A stretch of DNA of 64,000 bases, taken from Zancudomyces culisetae HAW-14-8. Lineage: Eukaryota; Fungi; Kickxellomycota. The notes under the pieces are model-generated. The model had not been told where the DNA came from. It did no database searches and saw nothing but the letters and a program-made list of their open reading frames with translations. The translations under genes were made by a program, and so were the position numbers. The stretch lies in NCBI GenBank assembly GCA_052426225.1, contig JBNJNM010000006.1, forward strand, positions 1,922,001 through 1,986,000, given 5' to 3'. Shown piece after piece: positions 37,851 to 50,427 of the stretch (its first letter is position 1; each line of letters starts with the position of its first letter).

Positions 37851-40574
37851 ATGCGAATAACAATCAAGGGCGGAGTTTGGAAGAACACAGAGGATGAGAT
37901 CCTCAAGGCAGCAGTGATGAAGTACGGCAAGAACCAATGGGCACGTATTTCGTCGCTGTTGGTCCGCAAGACGCCAAAGCAATGCAAAGCGCGATGGTAC
38001 GAGTGGCTGGATCCGAGCATCCGCAAGCTGGAGTGGTCGACGGAAGAAGATGAAAAGCTGTTGCATCTGGCCAAGCTGATGCCGACCCAATGGCGAACGA
38101 TTGCACCGATTGTTGGTCGTACGCCCGCGCAGTGTCTGGAGCGGTACCAAAAGCTGCTGGATGATGCAGAGGCCCAGCTTGGCGGTGGCGCGGCGGGTGC
38201 AAAGGGTGGCAGTAGTGCGGCTTTGGCGCTACAGGGGCCGGGTGCCGAGGCTGAGCCGGGAGTTGCTGACATACCACAATACCGCCGGCTACGAGCAGGC
38301 GAAGTCGATCCCGATCCCGAGACAAAACCCGCACGACCGGATCCGGTTGATATGGATGAAGACGAATTGGAAATGTTGTCTGAAGCTCGTGCTAGGCTCG
38401 CAAACACGCAAGGAAAAAAGGCGAAACGTAAAGCACGTGAACGGCAACTTGCGGAGGCTCGTAAATTGGCCGGGTTGCAACGGCGCCGTGAGCTGGTTGC
38501 GGCGGGTATTTTGGCTCCTGGTGAACAGTTGGCACAGACTTTGGCACGCAAGAAGGCACGGAAGCGTGGAAATGTATTGGTGGACTATAACCGAGATATT
38601 CCATTTGCAAAAGCGCCATTGCCGGGGTTTTATGATACAAATGAGGAATTAATAAAAGATTCCAAGAGTAGCACTAGTCGCAGTCGTGGCTCTGCTAGTG
38701 GTTCAGTGTCATTGAGTGAAGTTGAAGAAAAGAAAAAATGGGAACTTGAACAGGAACTCGAGGAACAACAAGATGCAGAAAAGGGAAAAGGAAAAGCAAA
38801 AGGAAAAGGAAAGGGCAAAGAAAAGGCAAAAGAACGTGATGAACAAGAGCGGCAGGAACGTGCAATGGCATACTTGCAGGCCAAACTTAACAAACAAGCA
38901 GTCGAGAAGGAGCAGCTTGATCGTCTATACAACCGACCCAGGCTGGACCTACCAGCTCCACAAGTCAGCGACACAGAAATGGAGACAATTGTCAAGTTGG
39001 CGCAGCAAGGTGAGAGTGCACAGCAGCTCGTTGGCAGTGGAAGTAACCAAAAAAACGAAGAAGAAGAAAACAGCGATATTGGTGGTAGTAGCAATGTGGC
39101 GGGAAATTTGTTGTTGGGTAGTTATTCTAAAAAGGCTAAAGTCGACCAGATTCTTTCATCTGCGCAAAAGGTCGATAAAAACACAGTAATGGTTGAGGCT
39201 ATGAATCTGGTCGGATTGACAGCACAGCAGACACCATTGCTGGGTGAAGAAAACACACCATTGCATACTCAACTAGGTACTGGATATACTGGCATCACTC
39301 CACGCTCATCAGTTACACAGACTCCAAGCTATCTGTCAACATCAACCGTGTCTACAACCGATGCTGTATCTGGACAGAGGCGGGAATCGAGCCAACAAAC
39401 ACCCTCAGTTAGAGATGAATTTGGTCTTAACACGCCCAGACAGTCTGCAACAAGTTATTTGCAGACAAAGAAAAACCCATCCCTAATGATTTCTCGGGCA
39501 TTGATGAATTTGCCAAAACCCAAAAACCAGTTTGAAATAATTGTACCTCATTCTGAAGATGAACAGTCAGGCGATTCGCAAACTATGCAAGTTGATGGGA
39601 ATGATTATGGTAACAGTGAGCAAGATATGGAAATTGTACATAAACAACAACTTGCTAAGCAACGCAAACTTCAACAGCAAATACAGAACCGACGTTCAAC
39701 ACCCATAAAACGTGGATTACCAAGACCTTCTATCTTTCAATCACTTATACCTGATACTAATACTGGTTCCCACTCTTCCAAGGTTAATTCTAGCAGTGGA
39801 GCAGGGAGTGTTGATGATGTCGCGCGTGATTTGTTACAAAAATTCTCATCTATACAGCAGCTGCAACAGCAACAACAGCAACAGTCCAATGCAAAGGTTA
39901 GAACAACTGCTGATGGCAATGATGTAGCTCTGCGAATGATTGATGCCGAAATGGCATTGTTAGTAGCCAACGACTGTACCGTCAGTTCCGAACCTTCGTT
40001 TTCTACCAACAGTCAATTTGGAAACCTGGATGTATTTGAGGATAAGGAGTTGCAAGCAGCTCGTGGCTTGATTACCGAACAACTGGCTACTGAGTATCCC
40101 AACACGTCTGATTTTTCCAATTCACATACACACAGTACCATTGGCTCTACTGCTGATATAGAAGAGAACAAGAAATTGCTTGCTAGTAGACAAAAGACAA
40201 TGATTGAAATGGCTCAACAAGCCAACAAACTGGAGAAAAAATTACATGTTGTGTTGGGTGGATATGAACGATTGAGTCAACAGAAGGCCTTTTCTTCTTT
40301 TTCAAATACCAATACCAATACCAACTCTGCTAATAATAATAATAATAATAATAATAATGGTGGTGGCAAGTTGTATGAACTTTTTAATTTGTATGAAAAT
40401 ACCGTTATGCAACTCCGTTCATTCCATGCTCTTCATACCAACGAACTTAATGTTGGTATTCCAGTTCGTGTTGCTGACTTGACTGAGCGTGTTCAGCAAC
40501 TTGCACATACTGAGCGGACGTTACAGCAGCGATATGCCGATCTTTTGAGCACTAGGAATGGATTATTGGAGTAA
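37851..40574 (+). CDS. CEF1: Pre-mRNA splicing factor Cef1/Cdc5 (tandem Myb repeats)
   Basis: IKGGVWKNTEDEILKAAVMKYGKNQWARISSLL..DMDEDELEMLSEARARLANTQGKKAKRKARE. Confidence 0.98.
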   Translation: MRITIKGGVWKNTEDEILKAAVMKYGKNQWARISSLLVRKTPKQCKARWYEWLDPSIRKLEWSTEEDEKLLHLAKLMPTQWRTIAPIVGRTPAQCLERYQKLLDDAEAQLGGGAAGAKGGSSAALALQGPGAEAEPGVADIPQYRRLRAGEVDPDPETKPARPDPVDMDEDELEMLSEARARLANTQGKKAKRKARERQLAEARKLAGLQRRRELVAAGILAPGEQLAQTLARKKARKRGNVLVDYNRDIPFAKAPLPGFYDTNEELIKDSKSSTSRSRGSASGSVSLSEVEEKKKWELEQELEEQQDAEKGKGKAKGKGKGKEKAKERDEQERQERAMAYLQAKLNKQAVEKEQLDRLYNRPRLDLPAPQVSDTEMETIVKLAQQGESAQQLVGSGSNQKNEEEENSDIGGSSNVAGNLLLGSYSKKAKVDQILSSAQKVDKNTVMVEAMNLVGLTAQQTPLLGEENTPLHTQLGTGYTGITPRSSVTQTPSYLSTSTVSTTDAVSGQRRESSQQTPSVRDEFGLNTPRQSATSYLQTKKNPSLMISRALMNLPKPKNQFEIIVPHSEDEQSGDSQTMQVDGNDYGNSEQDMEIVHKQQLAKQRKLQQQIQNRRSTPIKRGLPRPSIFQSLIPDTNTGSHSSKVNSSSGAGSVDDVARDLLQKFSSIQQLQQQQQQQSNAKVRTTADGNDVALRMIDAEMALLVANDCTVSSEPSFSTNSQFGNLDVFEDKELQAARGLITEQLATEYPNTSDFSNSHTHSTIGSTADIEENKKLLASRQKTMIEMAQQANKLEKKLHVVLGGYERLSQQKAFSSFSNTNTNTNSANNNNNNNNNGGGKLYELFNLYENTVMQLRSFHALHTNELNVGIPVRVADLTERVQQLAHTERTLQQRYADLLSTRNGLLE

Positions 40575-41294
40575 TCAAACCTTCCGCCCCCCTCTCTCTC
40601 TCTTTTTTTTTTATTGTGGTTTTTATGGTCTTTTTTCTGGTTTTGTTTGATGATTGTATTGTGGTCATGTGTAGTTTTTTTAATATATTTTTTGTTTTTC
40701 ATCCTGTTATAAAGCATACTTTTTGTAATGTTTGGTAAGTTATATTGTGGTTGTATTGAGAATCTTGTAACTATGGATTGTTTTAGATTCACATGATTTT
40801 GCCATTCAAAATCAATAATACTTTTTAATCCCAAAACCCACACACATCCCCCCTCCTCCCCTCCCCCCTTTTACCAGTACTTTGAATAAATTTTTTTTTT
40901 AAAAAGTATCAAAGTATATTATATAACAGCAACAACCAAGACACGACTAAACTCAAAGAGGACAACGATAGGGTAATCCAAGTACAATGCAGAAATAAGA
41001 AAGTTGAAATTCAACAGTTTTTTTTTCCACATTTCATTACTCTTGTTTTTTGATTCCTCCCTGTTTTCTTTTTGTTTTTCTTTTTGTTTTTCTTTGTTTT
41101 TCTTTTTGTTTTTCTTTGTTTTCTTTTTTTTTTACATTTACCTTTGGACAAACCTATTCGGGTACAAAGAAAGTAAATTTTTAATAAAAAAAAACGATAA
41201 GAACGAGGCGATCAAGAGGGGAGAGTAAATCACTGTGAAAGTATACTATTCAAAATATTATAATAATAAAAAGTCATAAAGATAGATATATCAA

Positions 41295-43681
41295 ATGGAT
41301 AACAATACTAAAGGAATTATTCTAGTTCTACTTGTGGTTACACTATGGGTGACTTCATCCTTTTTTATTAGCGTAAGTCTTACTGGGGAGGTCTTTTTTT
41401 TAAAATTTAAATTTAAATTTAGATTGATTGTTATATTCTATTATTATATTCATACTTTTATACCATGAACTTTTACTACTTAGCACTTATTTGAAAACGA
41501 TAACGATAACGACAAACTACTCGTCCCATTTACAAAACCCTACTTCATCACATACTTGAACACAAGCTCCTTCACTATATTTCTACTCGTACATCGTATC
41601 TCGAACCGGTTTCGTCACACCTATCAGAATGTCCACTTACAAAACTACCAAGTGCAATCGGCTGGCACTTTACCCACCATTATTGGTGGAGAATATCTAA
41701 CGTTTATGGAGGTAAAACCCTTGTTTACTTTTTTTCTTTTTTTGTTGTTGTTCTTCTTCTTCTTTTTCTTTTTTCGCCTTTAATACTGTGATTTCCTATG
41801 GTATATCTAATATCAATGATTATATCCATTAGCTGTTTGTGAACTTCGGTCTGAAATTCACTTTATTACGTTACTTTGCCAACGCCTTTCAGACCGCTTC
41901 GTTAATATATACCAGTGTATCTGTATCGGCAATTCTAACCAGTACCAGTGGCCTTTTTACGCTACTGTTTTCTGTAATGTTTGGAATTGACTCGTTTAAT
42001 TACAAAAAGATCTCTTGTGTTCTCTTGTCGTAAGTTCATCATAAATAAACCACTATATGATATGATATGATTTGATTTGACTTTATATTTTTCTTTTTTC
42101 ACACTTTTTTGTTTCTTGTTTCTTGCGTCTTGCCTTTGGTACCTTTATTATATTTTTATGGAAACTAACTTGTATAAATATGCAAATATTGTTTGTAGAA
42201 TCTTTGGAATATACCTGGTAACCACATCTATACACAACAACAACAACAATATAGGTGCTAATGATCAAACAGCCGTCAATAATCAAGTGGAAAACAACAG
42301 TCTGTACCACCTTTTGTTGGGAAACTTCTTAGCACTATCTAGTGCGGTATTGTATGGGTTATATGCTGTATTAATAAAACTAAACTCTCATTGTAGTTCC
42401 TGTCTAGTTTTACATACAGAACAACAACAACAAGAACAACAAGAACAACAAGAACGAGAACAAGAACGAGAACAAGAGCAACGACTACGACAGCAGCAGG
42501 TATACGAATATCAACCATCTCCGGTACTTTTATCATCAATACTGCAACGGAATAACGGTAATAGCGGCCATAATTTTCAACAAGACCAAGAAAGCCAAAC
42601 TTTGATAGTATCAGCATCAACATCAACATCAACATCAGCAACCGGAACTCAAGACCAAGGCCAAGGCCACATAGAAAGTAATGACAGTGAAAACGAGAGT
42701 TTTACCAAATCTTCAACTTCATATATCTACCTTTCAGTACATGCACTAATAGAAAAGCTGAAATTTGTATTTACTGCAAATTTTGTACACTACCCTGAGT
42801 CTCGTCTATTACCAATACAGATTCCCAAGGCGGCACTGGCTAGTCTAACATGTACAAAGTGCGATTCTGTCATTATCAGCGGTACCAATGCCGAGAGTGA
42901 TATTCACAGCAATCGAGATAGAAATGATAATTATAGTGAAAGTCATTTACGTGGATATTCGCAAGAACAGCTTCACCAAGATCATGAGTACCATAGTGGA
43001 CAGAATGGAGCGCAGAGTGAGAAATCGACTAATCCCCTGCTATTTCTGGGCTGTGCTGGTCTTTGCTGTTTGCTTTTTTACTGGCCAATACTTGTACTAC
43101 TTGATGTCTTGGGAATTGAGTCACTACCGACCCACTCGGCCCAACCCATTAACGATACTACCACCACCTCTGCTTTTGATGGCGGGAGTTCTGGTTTTAT
43201 CATTACTGTGGTCTTACTTCTTCTTAATGCGTTTATGGGTGCTTGTCTATCCGAATTTCTGTGGCTGCGAGCGGTTATTCTTACTAGCCCACTAAAAGTC
43301 ACACTAGGATTGTCATTATCAGTAAGTTTGTTCATTAATCTTAATTTTTTCTCTTTTCCGTATACTTTTGTACCATCATTAACGATCTTCTCTCACTCAC
43401 ACATACTCTTTGTAAATGATAATGAACACACAAATCATTGTCGCAGGTGATAGTGAAAAAGAGTTGCCCAAAGAGCGTCGGTTAGGAGTGGTGATATCCT
43501 TATTTCGGCGTGCATTTGATGTATCAAAATGTTGCTGAAGCTACTAAAAAAAAAAAGAAATACATCTATCCTATAGATTCCCATAAGTATTCTTATCGAC
43601 GTACTTTTCAAAAGTGTGGTGTACGACTCGTTGTTTTATATTGGAACCCTCCTAATTACCTTCGGATTTTTTGTATTGTAA
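41295..43681 (+). CDS. EamA/DMT-family transporter (SLC35F5/YML018C/Thi74-like), 5 exons; last exon 43577-43681
   Basis: GIILVLLVVTLWVTSS, FTKPYFITYLNTSSF, YTSVS..ILTSTSGLFTL, GNFLALSSAVLYGLY, SEFLWLRAVILTSPLKVTLGLSLS|IPISILID. Confidence 0.88.
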
Positions 43682-45563
43682 ATGCTGAAACACTGGGCTC
43701 ACACATCCGAGTATATATGACAACCAGACTATTCACATGTTTTTTTTTCGTTTTTTTTTCCAAGATCCGGTATTTTTTGATGCTTTTGCAACTATTAACT
43801 CCTTTGCGGTAATGGGTTCAGAGGGAAAGCCTAGCCAGTTTGTATTCCCAATCTTTTGCAAATGCTAATCTGGCTACCCTATCCCAACCCAATTTCTTTT
43901 TATGTTATCAAGCTGTTGCTGTATTTGTAAACTCACACAAGGATTGTAGCAAGTAACCAAACATTATTTTTCAGCTATTAACTTTGTCTTTTTTGTCTTT
44001 ATTATCGCGTTTTATGCAATTTAAAAGTTCTTTGATTCGAACATTTTACAAATTATTGCTGAAATGCAAAACATCAACTAAGCTGGTTATGGTCTGATCC
44101 TTTTTAGAGCGATTTTGTGGTTATTACGAGGCTTTTTTATTGGTGTAATTTCAATAAAAATCGCCATTACTCATCTCAAATCGCTGCTGATATTTTTATC
44201 TTGCTCCTCCCCTACCCATTCTAGAGATTTTTTTAAACAGCTGACTTCTCTCATTTTCCCTCATCCCCCATCCCTCATTCTCCTCTCTCAAAGCGGTCTT
44301 TAGTCTGTCTGTTAATGTTTTTACGCTTGTTTCTTGTTTCAGAGTCTGATAGGTAACAGATTGGAGAAAGAGGGATCCAATGCTACCATATGAATCTGTT
44401 TAGCTCTAATTCAAGGGCTAGACTAGAGCGCACTTCATCAAACGCTTGCTAACAATGGTTGTGTTGTATGGACATTACCACTATCTTACAAACCCTGTTG
44501 GTGTGATTACACTGTGGTACTTGACATGCACTTGTACTCGTACTTCAATACTATGTATTCTTGTTTATTTTAGTTTGTTCTACTTTTTGTAGGTGGTGTT
44601 AGATGCAAAACATTAATAGTGACAACAACAGCAAAAGGACATCAAAATAACACTTCTTCCTCTACTCAGTATGATTTCACTCTATTTTTAATTATCTTTA
44701 TCACGAAAGTTCATGGCGATGCAGTAGTCAGCATACCGCAAAGAAAGATGCTAGATCCGATATATTTTTTCTACTTGGTCTTTTTACGCAACCATAAACG
44801 TACACTGAAACCACTTTTTTATCCCCTCCTGTTTATCTTATCACACTTTTAGTTCATCTTTTAACCGCACATAGAGAGCAGACACTCTTCTGTGTTCAAA
44901 GTACAAGATATACATTCAAAGGAAACGCTCCAGATAATGAGAAAACTCGCTGCCAAACCACCCCACATGTGTTGCTTAAACCAAATAATGGCATTGTTAG
45001 GCAAATAAAAACTGCGTGTTTAGCAAATAAGGTTGAATGAAAACATTCGCCTCCCATTTTACTTATCAATTCTCTTTTTTTCCATACCCGATTTGCTATT
45101 TAGCCAAAGTAAAAAAAACAATTATAATAGTAATTTTTTTTTATCTATTCCACACATTTCAGCAAAAAAAAAAGCTAAAAAATAACAAAAAAACCGCAAC
45201 ATTTTTTTTTGCCCATTAATTTGTGCTAATCTAACGCCATTAAAATTTTTTTATCAATTTTTAGTTTTTTTAACTTTTTTTTTTCGCAGACAGCACACCA
45301 AAGAGGAGTGAAATAAATAACTCTTTTTAATATACTATTTTTAAAAAGAATAAGACAATTTATACGAACAGAAAAACAAATCGAGACTGGTAAATTTTCA
45401 TCTACTTTATGCCTTTATATTTATACCATATTTTAGATTCATCATCCTTGACCAATTCACTGATTCTGTCTTGTACACCCTCAAATAGGTCTGTCCTGAG
45501 TTTTTTCAAAAGTAGTCAGTAAAACAAATTAATTAAAAGAAAAATCAAACAATATCGACAAAG

Positions 45564-46313
45564 ATGAACGCTGCTCGTTTGGCACTCAAGAAATCTGTTA
45601 TGGCTTCAGTAAGCCGACCAATTTCACGCATCCAATATGCAGGTACGAATCTTTCATTAATTTATAGATAGCAAATAATTCGTCTCTGTGCGGATTTATG
45701 CTTTTTTATTTTAAAAAGAGAGAGAGAGGGAGTGTGTGTGTGTGTATGTGTTAGAATTTTTTTGAATATTACTTCTCGACCTTTTGTACATTTGGAAAAG
45801 GCACGCTGTTGATGCCATCTACCAAACTGAGGTCAGAAAAAGTGATAAAATTGGAATTCAGCCCTAAACGAGACTTTATTAGCAAAAAAAATGATTATCA
45901 TTATATGGCTCATCAGTACTATATTGGTTTGCGACTTTTCTTTATATTTTATGTACTAATGCATATCATTTCAACATAACTTAGCTCCAAGAATGTATTC
46001 TACTGGACATGAAGAAACATACGAAGAATTCACCAACAGATACGTCAAGTTCTTTGAAAACGTCGATGACCAATTCGAGTTGCGCAGAGGCCTGAACAAC
46101 TGTTTCTCATACGATCTTGTTCCAGATGTCACTGTTTGCGAAGCTGCCTTGCGCGCTGCCCGTCGCATTGATGACTATGCCACCGGTGTTAGAGTCTTTG
46201 ATGCTTTGAAAGCCAAAGTTGACTCCTCCTCCCAATACTCTCAATTCCTTGATGCCTTGAGGCCAGTAAAGGATGAGCTCGGTATCCTTACCTCTGATGA
46301 AATGAACCTTTAA
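45564..46313 (+). CDS. COX6: Cytochrome c oxidase subunit Va (yeast Cox6), 2 coding exons (intron 45643-45984)
   Basis: Arg/Ser-rich presequence followed by EETYEEF..DQFELRRGLNNCFSYDLVP..AALRAARRIDDYAT..LRPVKDELGI. Confidence 0.95.
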
Positions 46314-47395
46314 TTTTCTTTTAAAAGTTTTAAAACCAACGTTATTTTGATAATTCTCCTTAAACATGCTTTTTTTTTCTGTTCATTTCACTACTTTTAA
46401 CCTTTTGGAGCTTTTTTTTTATGACCTTATCGAGAAGGGATGAAAAGAACACTGCATTTAACCGCCGCCCCTTTCAAGATTTTTTTGATCATTCTTTTTT
46501 TGGTGCCCAAAAACAAGCAAAATAATGGAAATTTCTTTAGTACTAAATGGGCGTGCAGTAACGTTATTGCATTTGTTTTCTGAAGTGAAGTTTATAATCC
46601 ATATTTTTGAAGAAAATCGCTTGTGCTATTATCGAAAGCAGCGTAAAAAGGTAGACGTACACATTTTATCGACAGTACGTCTATCAGCTTTACATTCACT
46701 CTTTGTTATAGTTTTTGAGCTTGAAATTGTAACAATTGATTATACTGGCGCTTATCATTGTTGTTTCACCAAACTAGAAAAAAAAAGTCAATACACGACG
46801 ACATATTAAGAAAAGCCAAACACACTTTGAAAAATACTTGATGAAAAGATGCACCCAGCTATACAACTCTGTGGTAGACGTGTGTGGTGCTAGTTTAAGA
46901 AGGTTACCTCGCTTTTTCTTGGTTTTCCATCCTTTAACTAATCTTCTTGATTATGGTAATGTCATACCATATCATATATGGTTCATAAATCATAAATTAT
47001 TAATAATTTAACTCCATGTCAAAAGTGGTTGCCTAGGCTTAACAGCATTTGCCTCGTGAGGCTGTGTACCTCTCTCTTGATTATCATTCTTTACACTCAT
47101 TGTGAAAGTGATAATTATTTGAGCCCATGTTGCTTACAAATTAATTCGATTTCATTTAACTGATTACTAATTTCTGTTTTTGTGCTAATTTTTGTCACCT
47201 TCCAATATAATTTCCTGAAATAAAAGTTAACGAGAATCCAGATTTTTTTCTCCGCTCATTTGCTAGTTTTTTTTTTTGGTACATCTAGCTGGATTGCTCA
47301 TATGAAAAATGTATATAAATGACTAAAAGAATTATACAGCAACGGTCTGTTTCACAGTTAGATATTTTTTATCACTAAATACAAAAAAAATAAAA

Positions 47396-48091
47396 ATGGC
47401 GCAGTTTAGCAGAGAGTTATTAACATTTTACAGCTACCGCACTTGTCCCTTTTGCCACAGAGCCGCCATCGCATTGAAAGAAGCCAAGGTTCCTTACGAG
47501 AAAGTGGAAATCAACCTCAAACAACGCCCAGAATGGTACAAGAGAGATATCAACCCATCTAACAAGGTTCCCGCGTTTAGACTCCCTGAGAGCGGAAGAA
47601 ATGGTGGTGAAATCATTGTTGAATCACTCATAGCAGCAGAGTATGTAGCAGACCTCAAGCCCGAAAGCAAGCTGATGCCAGTTGACGCGTTGGAGCGGGC
47701 CAAAGTGAGATTTTTTATCGAATCTTCTAGCAGAATTGTTACCCAGTTCAATCAGGTACTCAAGGGTAAGCCTGAAAACCGGCGTGCAGAGTGGGAAAAG
47801 GGTGTTGATGTTCTTCGGGAACTAAACATGCTTATGGAGAAGCAGTCATCAGCTGGGCCGTACTTCCTGGGAAAGGATTTTTCTATGGCAGATCTGGTAC
47901 TTATACCAATGCTTGATCGCCTGGAACTCATTGGGTCGTTCTTTGACTTCAAGCTTGATTCAAGTGATCCCACTATCTCTCGGGTCATTGAGTGGAGCAA
48001 GGCATGTAGAAGCAGAGAGAGCTACAAGGAGACTGTAGCAACTCGAGAGGAAATGGTTGAACATTATGAGCCCTTGATTTCCAAAGAGTAG
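47396..48091 (+). CDS. Glutathione S-transferase, omega/DHAR-like (CPFC)
   Basis: TCPFCHRA, NKVP, IVESLIAAEY, GPYFLGKDFSMADL; intronless; TATATAAA at about 47313. Confidence 0.92.
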   Translation: MAQFSRELLTFYSYRTCPFCHRAAIALKEAKVPYEKVEINLKQRPEWYKRDINPSNKVPAFRLPESGRNGGEIIVESLIAAEYVADLKPESKLMPVDALERAKVRFFIESSSRIVTQFNQVLKGKPENRRAEWEKGVDVLRELNMLMEKQSSAGPYFLGKDFSMADLVLIPMLDRLELIGSFFDFKLDSSDPTISRVIEWSKACRSRESYKETVATREEMVEHYEPLISKE

Positions 48092-48301
48092 TTTTGTTTA
48101 CTACTAGGCCTGGACTTTTGCAATCCCTTGGTGTTTTGTTTCCTGATGAGAAGGTCGAATAACTGTACCGATGCTGACAGTTTTAGACTTTTATTTTCAA
48201 ATTTTTATTGTATTGATAATTCAGAATGCTTATAAAAAAAAAAAAAGTATATATTTTGACATTTATTTATACAAGTAACCCAAGAAATGGTTAGTGTGCA
48301 T

Positions 48302-50047
48302 TTAGAGAACAGGGTCTACAAGGTAGTTGTAGTTGGTGATCAGTGATTGTAAGAATAGGAATGTTATAATTCAGGTAGAATACTTACCTCCCAAATCATC
48401 ATCAAACGAAAACGGGTCAAATATGGCGCTATTTTTCTGTGTTGTGGTATTTTTGCGGAAAGAATCGGTGTTGTTTTTACTAATGCACAAATCCGAACTA
48501 ACACCAATACTGGTAGACGAGTGTTTTGGTTCGTCCAGGTTGTGTAGGTCAAGTGTTTTTATTTCTGTTTCCATAACATAGTTACAACCAAACCCGTTAT
48601 CTAGTGTACGTGTAAGAGGCCGTTCCACTATATTCGGCTGATGATAATCAAACACAACTTTGTGGTTTACTGAGTTGTTGGTGTTGGTAATATTTTCTAG
48701 CTTTGGGACCAAGAATTCTCCCTTTTTATGATTCTTGTACTCTTCAGAGGCTAAAAGCACCTAAATAATAACACAGTCAACAAAAGAGAAATGATTAGGT
48801 CTGTTAGTTTATTACCGTATGTGCTTTAATAATTATAATGCTAATAACACAAGATCAAGCAAAACAGAAAGGAGGAGGGAGGGAGGGAGGACGGGGGGTA
48901 GAGATGAAGGTATAACTTACTGGTAGATTATCAATTGAATTGGTCAACAACTCATAGACTTGGGATAGCTCCCCAATCCATATTCTCACTAACAACATAA
49001 TTCTGCTACAGATACCGCAAAGTGTTAGCGACAAAGTCATAAAATAGGTACTTTTGACCTGGTCGATAAAATGTGAGTACGTGTATTTAGATACAGCCTC
49101 AATCTAGTTATATTTATTAGCGGTGATTAGGTCTGTCAGAGTTTGTAATGAGTACTTTAGACTGTCTGATTTTATGCATTAATATATTTTTCATAAGACA
49201 AGTACCTTTTTCAACAGGCTAATAATATGATATATCCTCAGGGTAGATAGATATATAAAACGACGGGAAGGAACACACTCCCAACTGTTTATGCTATTTT
49301 TTTATATAATTGATGATGGCGTATTGTGGTATTGAGGAAAATAAACGTGGGAAGGAGAGGGATCAAGAGAAGCAGAAAGTGTGCCAAAAATGAGGAAAGA
49401 GTAAATAAAATAAATAAATACTTACTCGGGCTGTTTTGTGGGGGTGATATAAAACGAGTTTATGATTGACTTTAATAACTCCTGTACATTGGCAAGCTTG
49501 AGTCTGTCCAAACACTTTTTCAGCTATTTTTACACAAATAAATTGAAATTATTTGATCCAGAACCTAAATACTATATAAAAGAAAGGAAGATATATAAAA
49601 AAAATGAATACAATGGGGGTTTTTACGAACCTGTTCAAGTTTTTTGAAATTTATACTGTTTCGTTGTTGAAACCTATATTTTCTATAAACCTTTGAAAGC
49701 AATGCCAACTCAACCCACAAATCGTACTTAGAAGACTGACGTTCAAAAGGTAACAACAGGGAAAGTAATTGTTGAGAAACGTCAAAGTCGAGGTTGGCTA
49801 TTGTGGGTGTGGGTTTATTCTTCGTTTGGTTCTGGGCTGTGATTTTATTTGCTTTGGATTTGGATTTATGTTTTTTTGGTTCAGAAAATGCCAAAACTTG
49901 GTTTTGCTGGTGTTGTTTTAGTAATTGCTTTTCTCGAGATATCGTGGTGCGAAGAATTGCGGGTTTTGGATGTTCTAAAGCAAAGTCTGTGGAGCTGGGA
50001 TCTGTGGATTCCATTTTGACCGGATCGTTTTCGTGATTCGCACTCAT
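48302..50047 (-). CDS. RNase MRP subunit Rmp1/NEPRO-like protein, 6 exons
   Basis: LWVELALLSKVYRKYRFQQRNS..KKLEQ|LKKCLDRL, VPSRRF, TYFMTLSLTLCGICSRI; spliced C-terminus DDDLG|DPVL*. Confidence 0.65.
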
Positions 50048-50427
50048 TATTTCTGGAATTAGTTGAAAGGTGGTGAGCAGAGGGAATGTCACAGAAAATA
50101 GGAAGGGGGGTGGAAAATGATATATCGGGTTTGTTATATATTCTATAGAATTGGCACTATTATATCCAAGTGATCAAATATTTAGCACTCTTTTTTTCTT
50201 TCTTTTTTTAGTCAACTGAAAATAATGAACAGAAAATCAATGTAGAAAAAAAAATTAATTAAGCTAACCAATAACCAAGCGAGAAAAATTGAAAAATTGA
50301 AGTGGAACTCAACTCAAAAAAAAAAACTCAAATACAAAATAGTTGTAGGTTTATAGGTAATGTTTATTTTGAATTTCTTTGTACGAATCATTGTCACAGG
50401 TACAGGTACGGGTACGGGTATAGCAAA

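Noticed and set aside
37746-39189. Multiple overlapping ORFs in the 5' part of CEF1
   Set aside because: Explained by locally high GC and stop-poor alternative frames.
43322-43576. Apparent truncation of the transporter after TLGLSLS
   Set aside because: The final exon IPISILID..GFFVL* is present at 43577-43681.
47396-48200. GST as a possible selenoprotein
   Set aside because: The active site is CPFC with Cys codons; no in-frame TGA and no SECIS-like element seen.
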